Shown one piece after another: positions 10,389 to 19,554 of a stretch of DNA of 64,000 bases. Within the stretch, counting starts at the first letter, position 1; each line of letters opens with the position of its first letter. The stretch is from NCBI GenBank assembly GCA_035715725.1, contig DASTKT010000096.1, forward strand, positions 421-64,420, written 5' to 3'. Below the pieces are notes generated by a model. It had not been told where the DNA came from and did not search any database. It was given only the letters and a program-made list of their open reading frames with translations. The position numbers and the translations under genes are program-made. Source of the DNA: Longimicrobiales bacterium (lineage in GTDB: Bacteria > Gemmatimonadota > Gemmatimonadetes > Longimicrobiales > RSA9).

Positions 10389-12067
10389 CGCTGCGCCGCG
10401 GCTCGTTCCTCCTCCTCTGCCTCGCGCTGGGCGCACGCGGTGCCGCCGGCCAGGAGGCGTCCGGCCCCGAGCTCGCGCCGGACGTGGCGCTCTCGGCCGT
10501 CGAGTTCTACAACCGGCCCGGCACCACTCGCCTCGTCGGCGGATCCACGCTCGCCGCCGGCGAGGAGGTCGTCGGCGACGTCGCCGTCCTCGGCGGCAAC
10601 TACACGGTCGCCGGCCGCATTCGCGGCGACCTCGTGGTGATCAACGGCGAGCTCGAGCTGCACCCTGGCGCGGAGATCAGCGGCGCGGTGCTCGTCGTCG
10701 GCGGCTCCATCGTCGGGAACGCGCCCATCGGGGGCACGATCCGCACCTACCCCGAGCCGCTGCGCTACCGGATGGACGCGGATCGGCTCGTCTACACCGG
10801 CTCGCCGCCTTCGACGTTGTTCGCGGCGGGCCATCAATTCCGCTTCGGCCGGACGGACATCGCGCTCGCGGTGCGCCGCGGCTACAACCGCGTCGAGGGG
10901 CTTCCCATCGCGCTCGGCCCCCGCCTCGACCTGGGCCGCGCCAATCCGACCCGGCTCGAGGGCTTCGTCATCTACCGCTCCGCGCCGGGCCTGGGCCTCG
11001 ACCACGACCGCGTCGGCTACGTCGTCCGCGCCGAGCAGTTCCTCGGCGGGCGCAGCGTCGCGCGCTTCGGCGTCCATCTCTTCTCGGAGATCGTGCCGGT
11101 GGAGGAGACCGGGCTCTCCGATCGCGAGAACTCGCTCTCGACCTTCGTCCTGCACCAGGATTTCCGCGACCACTACGAGCGCCGCGGCTGGGGCGCCTAC
11201 CTGCGCCTTGCCCGGCGAGGCCTCCCGTACGACCTCGTCCTCGACTACCGCGACGAGCGCGACCGCAGCATCCCCGCGTCCGCGGCCTGGGCTATCCTCG
11301 ACAGCGGCGAGGCCTGGCGGCCCCAGCCGCTCGTCGGCGAAGGCCCGCTGCGTACGGTCGCCCTACGCCTCGGCTACGATACCCGCAACGACGTCATCGC
11401 GCCTGCCGCCGGCTGGCTCGTGCGCGGCGCCATCGAGCGCGGCCTCGGCGGCTCGCCCGCCTCCGACGCGGCGCTCGTCGATGGGACCCCGCTCCTGGCC
11501 CAGGCGCCCGTCCCCGTCAACGCCGACTTCACCGCCGCCTCGGTGGATCTGCGGCGTTACGCGCGCCTCGGCCCCAGCTCCCGCATGGCCGTGCGGTTCC
11601 TCGCCTCCGGCTCCCTCGACGGCAAGCCGCTCCCCCCGCAGCGCCAGCAGACGCTCGGCGGCGAGGGCACGCTCCCCGGCTACCGCGCCTTCGGCTTCGA
11701 CTGTGGCGCGCGGCGCGAGACCGTCGAGGTCGGCCGCACCCGCTTCTTCCCGTTCTACGGCTGCGACCGCCTGATCCTCGTCCAGCTCGAGTATCAGGCC
11801 GGCTTCCCGCTGGTGCGCGGCTTCGGCCGCCGCCTCGGCTTCCGCGGGGACCTCGGCGAGTCCCTCGGCTGGACGGCCTTCTTCGACACCGGCCGCGCCT
11901 GGACGGACCTCGCCGCCACGGAAGGCCGTAGGCGCGGCGCCGAATTCTTCGCCGCCGACGTCGGTGTCGGGCTCCGCATCGAGCGCATCGGCCTCTACTG
12001 GGGGCTCCCACTCTCCGGGCGCGGCCAGGGCTTCAACTTCTTCGTGCGCATCGGCCCGCGCCTGTGA
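10385..12067 (+). CDS. Outer-membrane protein: signal peptide, bactofilin-like beta-helical repeat region and Omp85/surface-antigen-like C-terminal barrel
   Basis: 560 aa. ATGA overlap with the regulator stop. N-terminus LLLLCLALGARGAAGQ. Repeats GDVAVLGGNYTVAGRIRGDLVVINGELELHPGAEISGAVLVVGGSIVGN. Gly/aromatic-rich C-terminus (LGGEGTLPGYR...FFDTGRAW...FNFFVRIG). Confidence 0.55.
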   Translation: MTLRRGSFLLLCLALGARGAAGQEASGPELAPDVALSAVEFYNRPGTTRLVGGSTLAAGEEVVGDVAVLGGNYTVAGRIRGDLVVINGELELHPGAEISGAVLVVGGSIVGNAPIGGTIRTYPEPLRYRMDADRLVYTGSPPSTLFAAGHQFRFGRTDIALAVRRGYNRVEGLPIALGPRLDLGRANPTRLEGFVIYRSAPGLGLDHDRVGYVVRAEQFLGGRSVARFGVHLFSEIVPVEETGLSDRENSLSTFVLHQDFRDHYERRGWGAYLRLARRGLPYDLVLDYRDERDRSIPASAAWAILDSGEAWRPQPLVGEGPLRTVALRLGYDTRNDVIAPAAGWLVRGAIERGLGGSPASDAALVDGTPLLAQAPVPVNADFTAASVDLRRYARLGPSSRMAVRFLASGSLDGKPLPPQRQQTLGGEGTLPGYRAFGFDCGARRETVEVGRTRFFPFYGCDRLILVQLEYQAGFPLVRGFGRRLGFRGDLGESLGWTAFFDTGRAWTDLAATEGRRRGAEFFAADVGVGLRIERIGLYWGLPLSGRGQGFNFFVRIGPRL

Positions 12068-12705
12068 TCGCTCTGCTCCTCTCCTGGACCCTCGCGCTCG
12101 CCTCGCCGCCGGCGTCCGCCCCGGATTCCGGAGACGTCGTCGTCCAGGCCCCCGTCTTCGTGGTGGTCCCGGATCCCGGCGCCGGCTGGCGGCCGCTCGT
12201 CCGCATCGGCCGCATCCTCGACGACAGTTCCCTCGAGCAGGCCGCCCGCTCCGGGTTCCCGCTCCGCCTCCGCTGCCGGGTCGAGCTCTGGCGGGACGGG
12301 CGCTTCGTCGACGCGCTCGCCGGCGCGCAGGACTGGACCGCCGTCGTCCTCTTCCAGCCGCTCGACAACGCCTTCCTGGTGCGCGAGTCCGCCACCGGCC
12401 GGGTCCGCCGCTTTGCCAGCTATGGCTCCGCCACGGCCGATCTCGAGCAGGCCTACCCGCTCCCCCTCCACCCGACCCGGCGAGGCCGCTACTACTACAC
12501 GGCCCGCCTCGACGTCGAGACGATCTCCGTCTCCGACCTCCAGGAGCTCGAGCACTGGCTCCGCGGCGAGCTCGGCCCGGCGGTCAGCGGCGACGGCTCG
12601 ATCCCCTCCGCCGTAGAGCAGGGCGTCAAGCGCCTGTTCGTCCGCGTCCTCGGTCTCCCCGCGCTCCGCCACGAGGCCCGCAGCGAGAAGTTCGTCGTTC
12701 GCTGA
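12064..12705 (+). CDS. DUF4390-like secreted protein
   Basis: 213 aa. GTGA overlap with the preceding stop. Signal peptide present. My recollection is that the DUF4390 family typically sits next to sensor kinase/NtrC pairs. Family assignment is from memory of sequence character, not from a search. Confidence 0.55.
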   Translation: MIALLLSWTLALASPPASAPDSGDVVVQAPVFVVVPDPGAGWRPLVRIGRILDDSSLEQAARSGFPLRLRCRVELWRDGRFVDALAGAQDWTAVVLFQPLDNAFLVRESATGRVRRFASYGSATADLEQAYPLPLHPTRRGRYYYTARLDVETISVSDLQELEHWLRGELGPAVSGDGSIPSAVEQGVKRLFVRVLGLPALRHEARSEKFVVR

Positions 12706-12771
12706 GGCCCGCTCTGGCTCGCCTCTTGCGCCTCGCCGCGAGGCCGATTCGCGGCATTCCCGGAGGCCTCC

Positions 12772-13212
12772 TTGAGTCCGACCTGCCCGATCTGCGGCTG
12801 CGCCCTCGCCGAAGGCGACCGCGTCGTGAGCGTGCTCCCCGCCGGTTCCGGCGCCGCGCCCGCGCTGCGCGAGGTCTCGCTCGCCGCCGCCGCGGATGGC
12901 GCGCTCGCCTATCTCTGTGCCCGCCACGCCGACGCGGTCGCGCTCCTCGAATCGCTCCAGGTCGACCGCGCCTCCATCGAGCGCGAGGTCCGTGGGCACT
13001 TCTACCAGGAGCTCGATCTGCTGGCCTATGCCTTCGAGATGGAAGCCGCGCAGCAGATCGAGGAGGGACGCGACGACGACGCCGCACGCACCCAGCAGAC
13101 CCGCCTCGGCATCCGCCTGGCGGCCCGGCTCGTCGGCGGCGTGCCCGCCCCCGAGGTCGACCGCCGCCTCGAGCGCTGGCGTGACGCCTATCGCACCAAG
13201 TTCCCGGATTGA
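12772..13212 (+). CDS. Hypothetical protein (N-terminal CPICGC motif)
   Basis: 146-aa ORF with a TTG start preceded by GGAGG 5 nt upstream. GC3 is high throughout when read by codon. Confidence 0.45.
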   Translation: MSPTCPICGCALAEGDRVVSVLPAGSGAAPALREVSLAAAADGALAYLCARHADAVALLESLQVDRASIEREVRGHFYQELDLLAYAFEMEAAQQIEEGRDDDAARTQQTRLGIRLAARLVGGVPAPEVDRRLERWRDAYRTKFPD

Positions 13213-13331
13213 TCCCGTCGCGCCGCGGCCGCGCGCCGCACGCACGCGCTGGCCCATCCCGACGCCCGTACTTACCTTCCAGATGCGGACGAAGCGTCCG
13301 TTCCCCGCTTTTCCCCGTCTGGGAGTGCCGA

Positions 13332-15089
13332 ATGCCCCAGCACGATGGGTCCGTTGCCGGATCCGATCGTCCTGTCGCCGTCCGTTGGCGTCCGTGGGGC
13401 GCCGAGGCGTTTCGTGAGGCCACCACCGCCGACCGCCCGGTGCTGCTGAACCTCACGGCGTCGTGGTGCCACTGGTGCCGCCTGATGGATGAAACGACCT
13501 ACGCGGATCCGGAGCTGGTCGCCCTCGTCAACGCGGAGCTCGTGCCGATCCGCGTCGACGCCGACCGCTACCCCCACGTCCAGTACCGCTACATCGCCGG
13601 TGGTTGGCCGACGAACGCGTTCCTGACGCCGACCGGCGAGGTGTTGTGGGCCGGCACGTTCGTCGAGCTCGAGGAGTTCCGCGGCGTTGCCCGGAACGTG
13701 CTGGCCGCCTGGAAGGACCGGCGCGCCGAGCTGGACGTCGAAATCCAGCGGCGCCGGAAGGCGCTCGACGCCGCTCGCTCCCACCGGCCCACGACCGGGA
13801 TCGTCCGGCGCGAGGCCGCCGACGATGTCCTCGCCGCCATCCAGCACGCGTACGATCCGCGCAACGGCGGGTTCGGCGAGGCGCCGAAGTTCCCGTACGC
13901 GGATGCGATCGAGCTGCTGTTCGCTCAGGAGCGCCGGGCCCCGGGCGGTGGTTGGGGCGCGATGGCCGATCACACGCTCGACGGAATGCTGGCCGGCGAC
14001 CTGTGGGATGAGCTCGATGGCGGCTTCTTCCGCTACGCGCTGCAGGCCGACTGGACGCACCCGCGCCGCGAGAAGCTGCTCGAGACGAACGCCGGGTTGC
14101 TGGCGGCGTACGCCGTCGGCGCGCACGTCCGCGGACGCGAGGACTGGCGCCGCATTGCCGAGCGGATTGTGAGCTGGGTCGAAGGCACGCTCACGCGTCC
14201 GGACGGGCTCTGGTCCGGGAGCCAGATGGCCGCGGAGGCGTACTACGCGCTCCCGGCCGAGGCGCGGACTCGGGCTCCCCGGCCCAGCGTCGATGCCACG
14301 GTCTTCACCGACTCCGCCTCGCACTGGATCCGGGCGCTGGCCACGGCCGGCCCACGCCTCGGCCGGGCCGACTGGGTGGAGCGCGCCGCCGGGGCGCTCC
14401 CCCGCCTGCTGTCGCAGATGGCGGCGCCGGGCGACCTCCTGTTCCACCACGCGGCGTCCGGTGAGGCGCCGGCGCTTCCGGGGCTGCTCACCGATTCGCT
14501 CGAGGCAGCCCGCGCGTGCGTCGCCGTCGCCCAGGCCACGGGCCGCGCGGACCTCGTCGGTGAGGCCCGGCGCCTCGCGGCCGCCATGCAGCGGCGCCTC
14601 TGGGCCGACGCCGGTGGCTTCGTCGACCACGTGCCCTCGGACGACGACGTGGCGGCGCTCCGCTACCGCGATCGCCCCTTCGAGCTGAACGCCGACGCGG
14701 CCCGACTCCTCCTCGACCTCTACCAGGCCACGGGCGAGCGGAGTTACCGCGCCCTCGCCGAGCGTACCCTCGCCACGCTTTCGCCGCTGGCGGGCCGCTA
14801 CGAGGTGGCGGGCGCGGCATTCGCTCTCGGCGTCGAGGAGTTCTTCGAGGCGCCGTTGTCCGTGGCACTCGTCGGCTCCGCCGATTCGACCGCCGAGCTC
14901 CGGGCGGCCGCTCTCGCGCTCCCGCTTCCCGAGAGGCGCGTCTGGCCGATCGGCGATGGGGGGCGACTCCCGGCCGGCAGCTTCCCATCGCAGCCGGCGC
15001 CCGCCGCCTACCTCTGCAGCCGCGGCGCCTGTTCGCCCGCGCTCCGCGACCCCGCCGAGCTGGCGGACGCCGCGCGCCGCGCTCGCTGA
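13332..15089 (+). CDS. Thioredoxin-domain protein, YyaL/DUF255 family (thioredoxin-like N-domain plus six-hairpin-glycosidase-like domain)
   Basis: Internal ATG (13332) of track ORF 13209..15089, with GGGAG 6 nt upstream. Contains VLLNLTASWCHWCRLMDETTYADPELVALVN and PIRVDADRYPHVQYRY. Confidence 0.85.
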   Translation: MPQHDGSVAGSDRPVAVRWRPWGAEAFREATTADRPVLLNLTASWCHWCRLMDETTYADPELVALVNAELVPIRVDADRYPHVQYRYIAGGWPTNAFLTPTGEVLWAGTFVELEEFRGVARNVLAAWKDRRAELDVEIQRRRKALDAARSHRPTTGIVRREAADDVLAAIQHAYDPRNGGFGEAPKFPYADAIELLFAQERRAPGGGWGAMADHTLDGMLAGDLWDELDGGFFRYALQADWTHPRREKLLETNAGLLAAYAVGAHVRGREDWRRIAERIVSWVEGTLTRPDGLWSGSQMAAEAYYALPAEARTRAPRPSVDATVFTDSASHWIRALATAGPRLGRADWVERAAGALPRLLSQMAAPGDLLFHHAASGEAPALPGLLTDSLEAARACVAVAQATGRADLVGEARRLAAAMQRRLWADAGGFVDHVPSDDDVAALRYRDRPFELNADAARLLLDLYQATGERSYRALAERTLATLSPLAGRYEVAGAAFALGVEEFFEAPLSVALVGSADSTAELRAAALALPLPERRVWPIGDGGRLPAGSFPSQPAPAAYLCSRGACSPALRDPAELADAARRAR

Positions 15090-15092
15090 GGC

Positions 15093-16223
15093 ATGCCGGC
15101 GCGAGACGACGCGCTCCGGTCGGATCTGCTGGCGGTCTTCGCTCGGGGGGTCGGTGCGCCGCTCTCCGACGCCGACTTCAACGCGCTCGCGCTCCGGGTG
15201 TTCGCGTACCAGATCGAGCGCAATGCGGCGTACGCCGCGTACTGCCGCCGCCGCGGCGCCACGCCGGAGACCGTCGGGCACTGGACCCGGATCCCGGCCG
15301 TGCCCACGTCGGCGTACAAGGAGATCCCCCTCGTCGCCGGCGATCCAGCCGGTGCCCGGGCCGTGTTCCGCACCAGCGGCACGACGCGGGGCCCCGAGCG
15401 CCGCGGCGCCCATTACGTCCTGGACCTCGCACTCTATCGCGCATCGCTGCTCCCGACGTTCGAGGCCTACCTCCTCCCCGACGGCGCGCGGCTTCCCGTG
15501 CTCTCGCTGATCCCGTCCGCCGCGGACGCGCCGGACTCGTCGCTCTCGTGGATGGCCGCCGCGATCATGGACGAGCTCGGTGCGCCGGGGGGCGGCTGGT
15601 TCGCGGCGCCGTACTCCGGGCTCCAGGAGGCGAGCCTCGGCCGGGCGCTCCGCGGGTTCGAGGCCGCCGGCCAGCCCGTCTGTCTGCTCGGTACTTCACT
15701 GGCGTTCGCGCACTGGCTCGACGGCTTGCGCGCGCGGGGCGAGCGGCTCGCAGTTCCGCCCGGCTCGCGACTCATGGACACCGGCGGGTTCAAGGGGCAC
15801 CGCCGTGAGGTCTCCAGTGACACGCTCCGCGCCGACTACCGGGATCTCCTCGGCATCCCGGAGACGCACGCGGTGAACGAGTACGGCATGACCGAGCTGC
15901 TCTCGCAGTACTATGACGCCGCGCTGCGCGACCACACCCTGGGCCGCGGCGGCGAGCCGCGCCGCAAGGCCGGGCCGCCGTGGTTGCGCGCCGTCGTCGC
16001 CGACCCGGAGACGCTCGAGCCGCTTCCGCGCGGCGAGACCGGGATCCTGCGTCACGTGGACCTCGCGAACCTCGATTCGGTGGCCGCCATCCAGACGGAG
16101 GACCTCGGCCGGGAGGTCGAGGACGGCTTCCTGCTCCTCGGCCGCGCCGCCGGCGCCGCGCCCCGCGGCTGCTCCATCGCCGCCGACCTGCTGATCCGGG
16201 CGGCGCGGGAGACCGGGGCGTGA
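15093..16223 (+). CDS. Acyl-protein synthetase, LuxE family
   Basis: 376 aa. N-terminal pattern FNALALRVFAYQIERNAAYAAYCRRRG...WTRIPAVPTSAYKE is typical of LuxE-like adenylating enzymes. Starts 3 nt after the yyaL-like stop. Confidence 0.75.
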   Translation: MPARDDALRSDLLAVFARGVGAPLSDADFNALALRVFAYQIERNAAYAAYCRRRGATPETVGHWTRIPAVPTSAYKEIPLVAGDPAGARAVFRTSGTTRGPERRGAHYVLDLALYRASLLPTFEAYLLPDGARLPVLSLIPSAADAPDSSLSWMAAAIMDELGAPGGGWFAAPYSGLQEASLGRALRGFEAAGQPVCLLGTSLAFAHWLDGLRARGERLAVPPGSRLMDTGGFKGHRREVSSDTLRADYRDLLGIPETHAVNEYGMTELLSQYYDAALRDHTLGRGGEPRRKAGPPWLRAVVADPETLEPLPRGETGILRHVDLANLDSVAAIQTEDLGREVEDGFLLLGRAAGAAPRGCSIAADLLIRAARETGA

Positions 16224-17635
16224 CCACCATCGACGCGTTCCACCTGCCGCGTCTCGAGGAGTCGGACGTCGAGCGCTGGGAGAGCCGGTCCATCGGCCCG
16301 GGGCTCGCGCTGCGCTTCCCGCTCCTGCGCCCGGACGGGCTGCGGCGCCTGCTCGCCCGCATGCGCGACGCGCGCACCCGCACGCTCGCGCACCTCCCCG
16401 TCGAGCGCATCGTCCGGGCGATCGACCAGGCTGCCGCCCGCCTCGCCGACCCCGCCGATCCGCTCCGCCGCGCCGCCGACGCCTCGCTCCCGCTCGTCAC
16501 CGGCCTCTCCGCGCCGATGGCGCGCCACGTCCTCGACCGCGCTCTCCTCGACTGGCGCGAGCCGGCACTCCGCGCGCTGCTCGCCGACGAGCTCGGCGGC
16601 CCGGCCGTGCTCGACGAGTTTCGCCCCCGCTCCGGATCGCCGGTGGCCGCTCGCTACGTCCGCGCCTTCGGCCCGGCACTGGCCTTCCACGTCTTCGCCG
16701 GCAACGTTCCCGGCGTGGCGGTCACGTCGATCGTTCGCTCCCTCCTGGTCAAGGCCGCGACGCTCGGCAAGACGGCCGCCGACGAGCCCGTGCTGGCGCC
16801 GCTCTTCGCCCGCACGCTCGCCGCGGTGAGCCCGGACCTCGGCGACGTGCTCGCCGTCACGTACTGGCCCGGCGGACTCGAGCACGTGGAAGCCGTCGCG
16901 CTGCGCGAGGCCGACACCGTCGTCGTCTACGGCGGCGGAGCCGCCGAGGAGGCGATTCGGCGACGCGTCCCCGCAGGCACGCCCTTCCTCGCGCACGGGC
17001 CGCGCTACTCTTTCGGGCTGGTCGGCCGCGAGGCCCTTTCGCCCGCCCGCGCGGCCGCCCTCGCCGAGGAGGTCGGCCGGGCCGTCGCCCTCTTCGACCA
17101 GCAGGGCTGCGTCTCGCCTCACATGGTTTACGTCGAGCAGGGTGGGGAAGTCTCTCCGCGGGCATTCGGCGCACTGGTCGCCGCGGCGCTGGCGCGCCTC
17201 GAGGCCGATCTGCCGCGCGGCCCGCTGCGCCCCGAGGACGCCGCCGCCATCCACGCCGCCCGCGGCGCCGCGGAGTTCCGCGCCATCGCCGGCGGAGACG
17301 TCGAGCTGCACACCAGCCCGGGGACCGAGTGGACCGTCGCGTTCGATGCCGACCCGGCCTTCACGGCGTCCTGCCTGAACCGGTTCCTCTGGGTCAAGCC
17401 GCTGCTGGACCTGTCCGACGCGGTCGAGCTCGCCCGCCCGTTCCGCGCGTTCCTCCAGACCATCGCCATCGCCGGCGCCGGGAGCCGGCTACCGGATCTC
17501 GCCGCTGCGCTCGGCCACGCCGGCGCCACCCGGATCACCACCTTCGAGGCGATGCCCTGGCCGCCACCCTCCTGGCACCATGACGGCCGCGGACCGCTCG
17601 TCGAGCTGCTGCGTTGGGTCGACCTCGAGGCCTAG
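16220..17635 (+). CDS. Acyl-CoA reductase, LuxC family (aldehyde-dehydrogenase fold)
   Basis: GTG at 16220 overlaps the LuxE-like TGA (GTGA). It is in frame with track ORF 15980..17635. 471 aa; the LuxC-family call rests mainly on the pairing with the LuxE-like gene. Confidence 0.7.
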   Translation: MTTIDAFHLPRLEESDVERWESRSIGPGLALRFPLLRPDGLRRLLARMRDARTRTLAHLPVERIVRAIDQAAARLADPADPLRRAADASLPLVTGLSAPMARHVLDRALLDWREPALRALLADELGGPAVLDEFRPRSGSPVAARYVRAFGPALAFHVFAGNVPGVAVTSIVRSLLVKAATLGKTAADEPVLAPLFARTLAAVSPDLGDVLAVTYWPGGLEHVEAVALREADTVVVYGGGAAEEAIRRRVPAGTPFLAHGPRYSFGLVGREALSPARAAALAEEVGRAVALFDQQGCVSPHMVYVEQGGEVSPRAFGALVAAALARLEADLPRGPLRPEDAAAIHAARGAAEFRAIAGGDVELHTSPGTEWTVAFDADPAFTASCLNRFLWVKPLLDLSDAVELARPFRAFLQTIAIAGAGSRLPDLAAALGHAGATRITTFEAMPWPPPSWHHDGRGPLVELLRWVDLEA

Positions 17636-18135
17636 CGCGCCGCCAGCACCTCCTCCAGCTCCGCCGCATCCTCCGCCGTGTAGCCGTACAGCACCACCTC
17701 TTCGGGCGGCCCCGCGTGCGCCCGCACCGCCTCCAGCATCGCCTGCGCCGCCTGCCGCAACGGGAAGCCCGCGACCCCGGAGCCCAGCACCGGGAACGCC
17801 ACGCGCCGGGCCCCCAGCTCGGACGCCACCTGCAGCGCGCTCGCCGTCGCATCCCGGATCGTCCGCTCCGACGCCGGCTCGTCCCCCATCGCCGCGGCGT
17901 GGATCACCCATCGCGCCGGCAGCTCCCCCGCCGTCGTCGCCACGGCCGCGCCGACCCGGATCGGCCCGTGCTGCCGCACGTATGCATCACACTCCTCCTG
18001 CACGCGGGGCCCGCCGCGCCGCCGGATCGCGCCCGCTACCCCCGCCCCCAGCACCAGGTGGTTGTTCGCCGCGTTCACCACCGCATCTCCATCGAAGCCG
18101 GTGATGTCGCCCGTCACGATCCGCACGGCGCCCAT
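17632..18135 (-). CDS. Macro domain protein (ADP-ribose / O-acetyl-ADP-ribose binding or hydrolase)
   Basis: 167 aa. Contains [32 protein letters not shown] and VIHAAAMG. Its stop overlaps the convergent LuxC-like stop. Confidence 0.85.
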   Translation of the reverse strand: MGAVRIVTGDITGFDGDAVVNAANNHLVLGAGVAGAIRRRGGPRVQEECDAYVRQHGPIRVGAAVATTAGELPARWVIHAAAMGDEPASERTIRDATASALQVASELGARRVAFPVLGSGVAGFPLRQAAQAMLEAVRAHAGPPEEVVLYGYTAEDAAELEEVLAAR

Positions 18136-18138
18136 GGC

Positions 18139-18414
18139 CTACGCCGGCTCCGACCGCCGGAACACCTCGCGGATCTCCTCCTCCCCCATTGCGCGCCACC
18201 GCTCGTCCACCACGCCCGCCGGAATGTCCAGCCGCGCCAGCCGCTTGACCTCCGACGGGACATCGTTGCACACGAACAGCGCCTCCGCGTGCTCCTCGCC
18301 CCCCTCGTGTATCCCCGACGTCACCATCCCCGTCCACTGCCGACCCCGATCGTCCCGGAACACGCGCGGCGTGGTCTCCGGCGTCTCCTCCACGGGCCGC
18401 TTCTCCCATTCCAT
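18139..18414 (-). CDS. Hypothetical small acidic protein
   Basis: Internal ATG (18414) of track ORF 18139..18510 with AGGAGG 6 nt upstream. 91 aa. Ends 3 nt before the macro-domain start. Confidence 0.5.
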   Translation of the reverse strand: MEWEKRPVEETPETTPRVFRDDRGRQWTGMVTSGIHEGGEEHAEALFVCNDVPSEVKRLARLDIPAGVVDERWRAMGEEEIREVFRRSEPA

Positions 18415-18753
18415 GCTCGCCTCCTTCGCCACGTCCCTCGGCGCCTCACCGCGAGGGCCGCCGACCGTTTCGTCCGTGCAACGCCCGTACCCGGCGCGCC
18501 GGCTGGCCACATCGTGCGCATCGGCGGACCCGATTGGCGCATGTGCGCCTCACTTCCCGGCATCCGCGCCGGGTCGATTTCCGAAACATGCGTCGCCGGC
18601 CGATCGGCCTAAGCGTTTTGTGGTAAATATTTGGCGATTTTTCCACAAATGCGCGGCCGAAAGGGGAACGCCGCTTGCACTCGGGCCCCGCCGTTCGCGC
18701 GGCCGTTTTGTCAACGGTCGACGTTACCGACCCAACGGAATGGAGGGAGCGCG

Positions 18754-19446
18754 ATGATCGGCATGTTGCTGTACGTGCTGCGTTCGCTCTTCCCGCCAAA
18801 CCGCCGGCGGCGCTGGCCGGCCTTCGGGGCCGCCGCGCTGTTGGCGGCGCTCCTCGCGGGCACCGGGGCGTATGGCGCGGGACTGCTGGCGAACGTCCCC
18901 GTCCGGCGGATCACGCGGGAAGAGGTGGATGCCCTGCTCGTGAGAGCGCAGCGGGCACAGAAGGCGTATGGCGGGGCGGAGACGTACATCGGCGGCACGG
19001 TCCGGCCGCTCGAGCGCGTGCTCCGCGGTTACCGGAACGACCCGGAGCTGGCGCGGCGGATCGCCCTGGCGGTGGTTCGCCAGTCGAACCGGCTGCGCCT
19101 CGATCGGAAGCTCCTGACGGGTGTGCTGCTGGTGGAGAACCCGGATCTGAATCCGCGAGCGCGCAGCGTGGTCGGCGCTCGCGGCCTGATGCAGGTCATG
19201 CCGCTGCATCGAGGGGCCTGGCCGTGCCGCGGCCCGCTCGAGGAGGTGGAGGCGAACATCTGCTACGGCGCCCACATCTTCGCGGACAACCTGCGCGAGT
19301 CGGACGGCGATGTGCGGCAGGCGCTGCTGCGATACAACGGGTGCGTGCGGGGCACGAACACCCCGGACTGCGCGGCCTACCCGTCGCAAGTGTTTGCGCG
19401 CGCCCGCCGCGTGGCCAGTCGCTCGCACTTCATCTCGGCGGAGTAG
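18754..19446 (+). CDS. Lytic transglycosylase (SLT domain), membrane anchored
   Basis: Internal ATG of track ORF 18631..19446 with GGAGGGAG upstream. N-terminal TM segment. Contains GARGLMQVMPLH and the motif YNGCVRGTNTPDC. Confidence 0.75.
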   Translation: MIGMLLYVLRSLFPPNRRRRWPAFGAAALLAALLAGTGAYGAGLLANVPVRRITREEVDALLVRAQRAQKAYGGAETYIGGTVRPLERVLRGYRNDPELARRIALAVVRQSNRLRLDRKLLTGVLLVENPDLNPRARSVVGARGLMQVMPLHRGAWPCRGPLEEVEANICYGAHIFADNLRESDGDVRQALLRYNGCVRGTNTPDCAAYPSQVFARARRVASRSHFISAE

Positions 19447-19475
19447 CGTAGCTAGCGGGCGGGGGTAAGACCCGG

Positions 19476-19513
19476 GGGCCGCCGCAGAGCCGGGTTCGGC
19501 TCTGCGGCGGTCC
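19476..19513. terminator. GC-rich hairpin (~16 bp stem, 6-nt loop) between convergent genes
   Basis: ggccgccgcagagcc gggttc ggctctgcggcggtcc read directly. No U-tract, so function as an intrinsic terminator is uncertain. Confidence 0.45.
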
Positions 19514-19554
19514 GGTCGATACGGGCCGATTCCCGGGTGGATCCGTCGCGGCCG

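Noticed and set aside
8217-10436. 739-aa minus-strand ORF over the lipoprotein and NtrC-type regulator
   Set aside because: It is antisense to a regulator with intact GESGTGKE and GAFTGA motifs, and it has shadow-frame composition.
15093-17635. Bioluminescence (lux) operon
   Set aside because: Only LuxE-like and LuxC-like genes are present. There is no luxA/luxB luciferase or luxD thioesterase nearby.
17632-18414. DarT-DarG toxin-antitoxin system
   Set aside because: The macro-domain protein is a short stand-alone macro domain, and the partner is only 91 aa with no resemblance to DarT (DUF4433). Gene sizes do not fit.
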